64,000 nucleotides of DNA from an uncultured Actinomycetes bacterium (lineage in GTDB: Bacteria; Actinomycetota; Thermoleophilia; UBA2241). Positions 60,512 through 64,000 of the stretch are shown here, piece after piece. Made by a program: the position numbers and the translations under genes. Where the stretch lies: the NCBI GenBank assembly GCA_963755025.1, contig CAVWIH010000014.1, positions 192,001-256,000 of the forward strand. Reading direction: 5' to 3'. Positions within the stretch are counted from its first letter, which is position 1. Every line of letters begins with the position of its first letter. A model generated the notes under the pieces. It did no database searches. It saw nothing but the letters and a program-made list of their open reading frames with translations, and was not told the DNA's origin.

Positions 60512-61717
60512 TCAGGGCAGCTGCACCAGGCCGTTCTTCATCTTCGTCATGTAGTAGCGCTCGAAGCCCAGCTTGGCCCAATGCGACCAGGGCCCGGGGA
60601 TCATGATCTCGAACTTGCGCGGCTTGAAGACGCGGTCGAGGCCGATGATCATGCCCTGCGTGCCGGCGTCCATGATGCACAGCGGGCGGATGTCGCCGAA
60701 GGGCTTGACGATGGGCTCGGCCCCGGTGATGGCGGCGGCGATGTTGTGGGCCGTCACTTTGGCCATGACCTCGGCCATCCAGCCCGTCTTGGGCACGCCG
60801 GTCGGCACCTCGGTCGGGTGCGGCGGCTTGACCTGCACCGCGACCCCGGCGGCGTAGACATTGGCGAAGTCCAGATGCCGGTAGCCGTCGTCGACGGGCA
60901 CAAAGCCACGGGCGTCGCCGAGGCCGTCGGAGTCGAGGATGGCCTGCACGCCGGTGAACGGCGGAATGACGATGGCGTACTTGTGCTCGAGCACGCGCCC
61001 GTCGGACAGCGTGATGGCGCCCTTGCTCACGGCGCTCGTCGAGACGTTGGCGATCGCCTGCACGCCGAGCATCTTGAAGTAGCCCTTGAGCATGGCCTCG
61101 CCGCCGCGCATGCCGCCGATGCCGAAGTGGCCCAGGAAGGGCTCGGCGGTGAAGAAGGTGAGCGGCGCCTCGCGGCGGATCTTCGCCTGGCGCAACGCGC
61201 GGTCGATGTTGAAAGCCACCTCGTACTCGGCGCCGAAGCAGCTCGCCCCCTGGGTCGAGCCGATCACCACCGGACCGGGGTCCTGCACGAAGTCGAGCCA
61301 GGCCTTGGCGGCCTCCATGGCGTGGGGCAGGTTGCAGACCGACCAGGTGGTGCCGTCGGCCGGACCAAAGCCGGGCACGACGGCCCAGTCGTACTTGGGG
61401 CCGGTGGCGATCAGCAGGTAGTCGTAGCCGATCTCGCCCTGGTCTGTGATCACCTTGTTCTCGGCCGGCAGGATGCGCTCGGCCGTCGCGAGCGTGAAGT
61501 CGATGCCGCGGCGGCGCAGAGCCGGCTCGAGGGCGAAGCTGATCTGCCCGGGCTTGCGCCACCCGGGCACCACCCAGATGAGCGAGGGAATGAAGACGAA
61601 GCGCGGGTCGCGCGAGACGACGGTGACCTCGGCGCGGCCGTCGAGGTCGCGCTTGAGCTTGAAGGCGGCGCTCAGGCCGGCGAAGCTCCCCCCAAGGACG
61701 ACGATCCGTGGCGCCAT
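60512..61717 (-). CDS. sqr: Sulfide:quinone oxidoreductase
   Basis: VLGGSFAG, FIPSLIWV, YDYLLIATG, SVC, GASCFGAEYE, VPKTGWM, LCIMDAG, amphipathic C-terminus HWAKLGFERYY. Confidence 0.9.
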   Translation of the reverse strand: MAPRIVVLGGSFAGLSAAFKLKRDLDGRAEVTVVSRDPRFVFIPSLIWVVPGWRKPGQISFALEPALRRRGIDFTLATAERILPAENKVITDQGEIGYDYLLIATGPKYDWAVVPGFGPADGTTWSVCNLPHAMEAAKAWLDFVQDPGPVVIGSTQGASCFGAEYEVAFNIDRALRQAKIRREAPLTFFTAEPFLGHFGIGGMRGGEAMLKGYFKMLGVQAIANVSTSAVSKGAITLSDGRVLEHKYAIVIPPFTGVQAILDSDGLGDARGFVPVDDGYRHLDFANVYAAGVAVQVKPPHPTEVPTGVPKTGWMAEVMAKVTAHNIAAAITGAEPIVKPFGDIRPLCIMDAGTQGMIIGLDRVFKPRKFEIMIPGPWSHWAKLGFERYYMTKMKNGLVQLP

Positions 61718-61854
61718 GGCTACTCCCCTCGATCGCGATTCGACTGTGACAAATCGTGCGGGCGGTTCCTACCCGACAAGCCTCGCCGCCAGCCCTTTCG
61801 TATCATCACCCGAACGGCATGCCGGACGGTCGCGGGACCAGGTCGACCGCGGCC

Positions 61855-62061
61855 TCAGCCCTGCCTTGTCGTGTCGAAGCCCAGCGGACGGTAGAGCTGG
61901 CACGAGCCCGTTGCGGCCGTGAACAGGAGTACCGTGCCCACGAGGCCCGCACCGAGGCCCAGCGGCCTCCTGGCCTTCAGGCCGGCGGCGAGAGCGAGGA
62001 GGCCGGCGCCAAGGATCGCCCTTGCCATGCGGTCGACGGCGCCTTCGTTGCGAGGGAACAT
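61855..62061 (-). CDS. YgaP/DUF2892 membrane protein
   Basis: NEGAVDR..R..LG, TAATGSCQLYRPLGFDT. Confidence 0.9.
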   Translation of the reverse strand: MFPRNEGAVDRMARAILGAGLLALAAGLKARRPLGLGAGLVGTVLLFTAATGSCQLYRPLGFDTTRQG

Positions 62062-62067
62062 GACTGC

Positions 62068-62394
62068 CTACCTTTCCGGTTCGAGAGCCCGTGCGCGGAG
62101 CGTGAGCTCGCGCCCGAGGATCTCGTCGATCAAGGCGCAGGCTTGCGCCAGGCGTGGGTCGACGACGCCCCACGACACGCGGCCGCCCTCGCGGGTGCGC
62201 CGCACCAGCCCCTCGCGCTGCAGCACGGCGAGGTGCTGCGACACGTTGGGCCGGCTGACCCCCAGGAGCTCCGCGAGCTCGCTCGGCGTACGGGGGCCGT
62301 CGCACAGGTGGTGCATGAGCTCGTGGCGCGTGGGGTTGGCGAGGGCCGCGAACACGGCGGCGTGGATGGCGTAGCGTTGTCGTTCATCGTCCAT
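62068..62394 (-). CDS. ArsR/SmtB family regulator with two Cys
   Basis: VFAALANPTR, HLCDG, ELAELLGVSRPNVSQHLAVL, LAQAC. Confidence 0.92.
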   Translation of the reverse strand: MDDERQRYAIHAAVFAALANPTRHELMHHLCDGPRTPSELAELLGVSRPNVSQHLAVLQREGLVRRTREGGRVSWGVVDPRLAQACALIDEILGRELTLRARALEPER

Positions 62395-62403
62395 GACCGC
62401 GTT

Positions 62404-62437
62404 ATTGCCAAGTTTCGCAATCCTGCAACATGGCAAT
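62404..62437. promoter_or_regulatory. Putative ArsR operator between divergent arsR and osmC
   Basis: ATTGC-N8-GCAAT (62404-62421); outer inverted repeat ATTGCCA/TGGCAAT. Confidence 0.6.
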
Positions 62438-62484
62438 TCTTCTGGCAGTCAGGTCAGACAAGGCATGAAGAAAGGGCCCGAGTC

Positions 62485-62880
62485 ATGGATATGCAGATCT
62501 ACTTCCCCGGCGGCAAGCGCGTCTTCGCCGGTTACGGCGAGTTCACCGTCGAGACCGATCAACCCGCGCAGGGCGGAGGCGACGGTTCTGCTCCGGCTCC
62601 CTTCGATCTGTTCCTGGCCTCGATCGGCACCTGCGCCGGCATCTACGCGCTCGGCTTCATGCAACAGAGGGACCTCGACCCGACCGACGCAAAGATCACC
62701 ATGCGCACCCATCGCGATCCGGCAAGCGGGCTCGTCAGCAAGATCGATCTTGAGCTGCAGCTTCCGGCGGACTTCCCCGACAAGTACCGCGACGCCGTGG
62801 TCAACGCGATGAACCTCTGCACCGTCAAGAAGCACCTGCACCAGCCACCGGCCTTTGAGATCACCACGGTGGCCGGCTGA
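62485..62880 (+). CDS. OsmC family protein
   Basis: TDQP..GGG..SAPAPFDLFLASIGTCAG ... LCTVKKHL. Confidence 0.92.
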   Translation: MDMQIYFPGGKRVFAGYGEFTVETDQPAQGGGDGSAPAPFDLFLASIGTCAGIYALGFMQQRDLDPTDAKITMRTHRDPASGLVSKIDLELQLPADFPDKYRDAVVNAMNLCTVKKHLHQPPAFEITTVAG

Positions 62881-63464
62881 TGGCCGACGCCTTCGACCCC
62901 CAGCACGCGGGGCGCTTCGAAGACCCGGCCCGCCTCGCCGCCCTGCCGCAGGCCGCGGTCGTGTCGCTGCTGCGCCTTGGTGGCGGCGAGACAGTGGTCG
63001 ACTACGGGGCGGGTACCGGCACCTACACGATCGGCGTGGCCGAGGCCGTCCCCGACGGCCGCGTCATCGCCGTCGAGGCGTTACCGCGCCTGGCCGAGAT
63101 GCTGCGCGCCAAGCTCACCCCAGAGCTCATCGACCGACTCGAGGTCGTCGAGACCGACTCCAACTCCGTGCCGGCACCCGATGGAGTCGCCGACCGCGTC
63201 GTCATGATCGACGTACTGCACCATCTGTACGACCAGCCCGAAGCGCTTGCGGAGGTCACGCGGCTGCTGCGTCCTGGAGGCCTCTTTGTCGTCGTGGACT
63301 GGGGCGACCGCGAGAGGCCTGTGGGCCCACCGCTTGACCACGTACTGGGGCTGCTAGCCGCGGTGCGCGAGTTGGTCTCGGGCATGGGCCTCTACGAGAT
63401 CGAGGGGCACGAGCCGGGCACGCTACTGCCCTGCCATCTCGCCGTGGTAGCCGGCAAGGCCTGA
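62880..63464 (+). CDS. Class I SAM-dependent methyltransferase
   Basis: VVDYGAGTG, VIAVE, VLHH, LRPGG.FVVVDW, GPP; TGATG coupling to osmC. Confidence 0.9.
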   Translation: MADAFDPQHAGRFEDPARLAALPQAAVVSLLRLGGGETVVDYGAGTGTYTIGVAEAVPDGRVIAVEALPRLAEMLRAKLTPELIDRLEVVETDSNSVPAPDGVADRVVMIDVLHHLYDQPEALAEVTRLLRPGGLFVVVDWGDRERPVGPPLDHVLGLLAAVRELVSGMGLYEIEGHEPGTLLPCHLAVVAGKA

Positions 63465-63524
63465 GCAGCCCGGTCCTGCCGCCTTGGCCGAGCGCCCGTA
63501 GGCGGGCGGAAGACGTGATGAAGA

Positions 63525-63577
63525 ACGAGGGAGCCGCCGCGCCGCCCGGGTTCGAGGGGCGCGGCGACCTCCTCGTT
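63525..63577. terminator. Imperfect hairpin between convergent genes
   Basis: aacgagggagccgccgcgcc ... ggcgcggcgacctcctcgtt. Confidence 0.5.
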
Positions 63578-63588
63578 GCGCGGAGACC

Positions 63589-63999
63589 CTAGAGGACCTG
63601 AACGACGTCGGCTTCTTCGCAGCCCGCGATGTACTGGGCGATCCCGACGATGTCGTCGACGACGTCGACGAAGTCTTCGAGCGCGCCGGCGCCCCAGATC
63701 TTGCCCGCCGTGCCGCAACAGTGGATCTTGACCTTGCCCTCGGCCTTGAGGCTCCGCAGGTTGTCGAGCGGCGCGGGCACGCTGTTGTCGGCCATGCCGC
63801 TCAGCAGCTCCGCGTGAAGCTCCGGTCGATCGGCGTAGGCGCCGCCGCCGGCAACGTCCTTGCGAAAGGCGTAGGCGCCGCCGAGCAGCAGGTAGATGTC
63901 GACCTCCATATCGAGCGCCACGGCGCCGCCGGTGAGCGTGCTGGCGACGAGCAGCTTCTCGATGCTGCCGCTCGCCAGGCCGATGATCATCGAACTCAT
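63589..63999 (-). CDS. DsrE/DsrF/DrsH-like sulfur carrier protein (start at the window edge)
   Basis: SGSIEKL...GAVALDMEVDIY...G, VKIHCCGTA, VDDIVGIAQY. Confidence 0.85.
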   Translation of the reverse strand: MSSMIIGLASGSIEKLLVASTLTGGAVALDMEVDIYLLLGGAYAFRKDVAGGGAYADRPELHAELLSGMADNSVPAPLDNLRSLKAEGKVKIHCCGTAGKIWGAGALEDFVDVVDDIVGIAQYIAGCEEADVVQVL

Positions 64000-64000
64000 T

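Noticed and set aside
61820-61857. Sec readthrough after the YgaP TGA
   Set aside because: The downstream hairpin loop (CUG) lacks the leading G, and the protein is already complete for its family.

Overview
A very GC-rich bacterial chromosomal segment, probably from an actinobacterium (Thermoleophilia-like; this is inference from gene families, Zur/CsoR-type boxes and apparently leaderless genes). It holds about 55 genes and I recognised no rRNA, tRNA, CRISPR array, transposase or phage gene. Main blocks: an ECF sigma factor with a divergent target, typA, an arsenic cluster (acr3, arsR, metallophosphoesterase), three efflux/ABC systems with MarR, OmpR-type and TetR regulators, ndh-cydABDC, a truncated Zur, an isolated pilV/W/X-like minor-pilin trio, a SulP-STAS-DUF47 fusion, a sulfite-oxidase-family enzyme, an HTH-GAF-HD-GYP-sensor-GGDEF protein, and a terminal sulfur/persulfide cluster (YeiH, ferredoxin, Zn-ribbon protein, DUF6951-like, SQR, YgaP, ArsR, OsmC, methyltransferase, DsrE). 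At least eight genes carry single-base frameshifts and two carry in-frame stops, so the assembly is probably error-prone. The best lead is a small Zn-ribbon gene in the sulfur cluster. Its TGA is followed by an fdhF-like SECIS hairpin, so it may end in selenocysteine (GGYG-U-GR), and it sits under one of two matching CsoR-family operators. Family assignments come from motifs recognised by eye; no database search was run.
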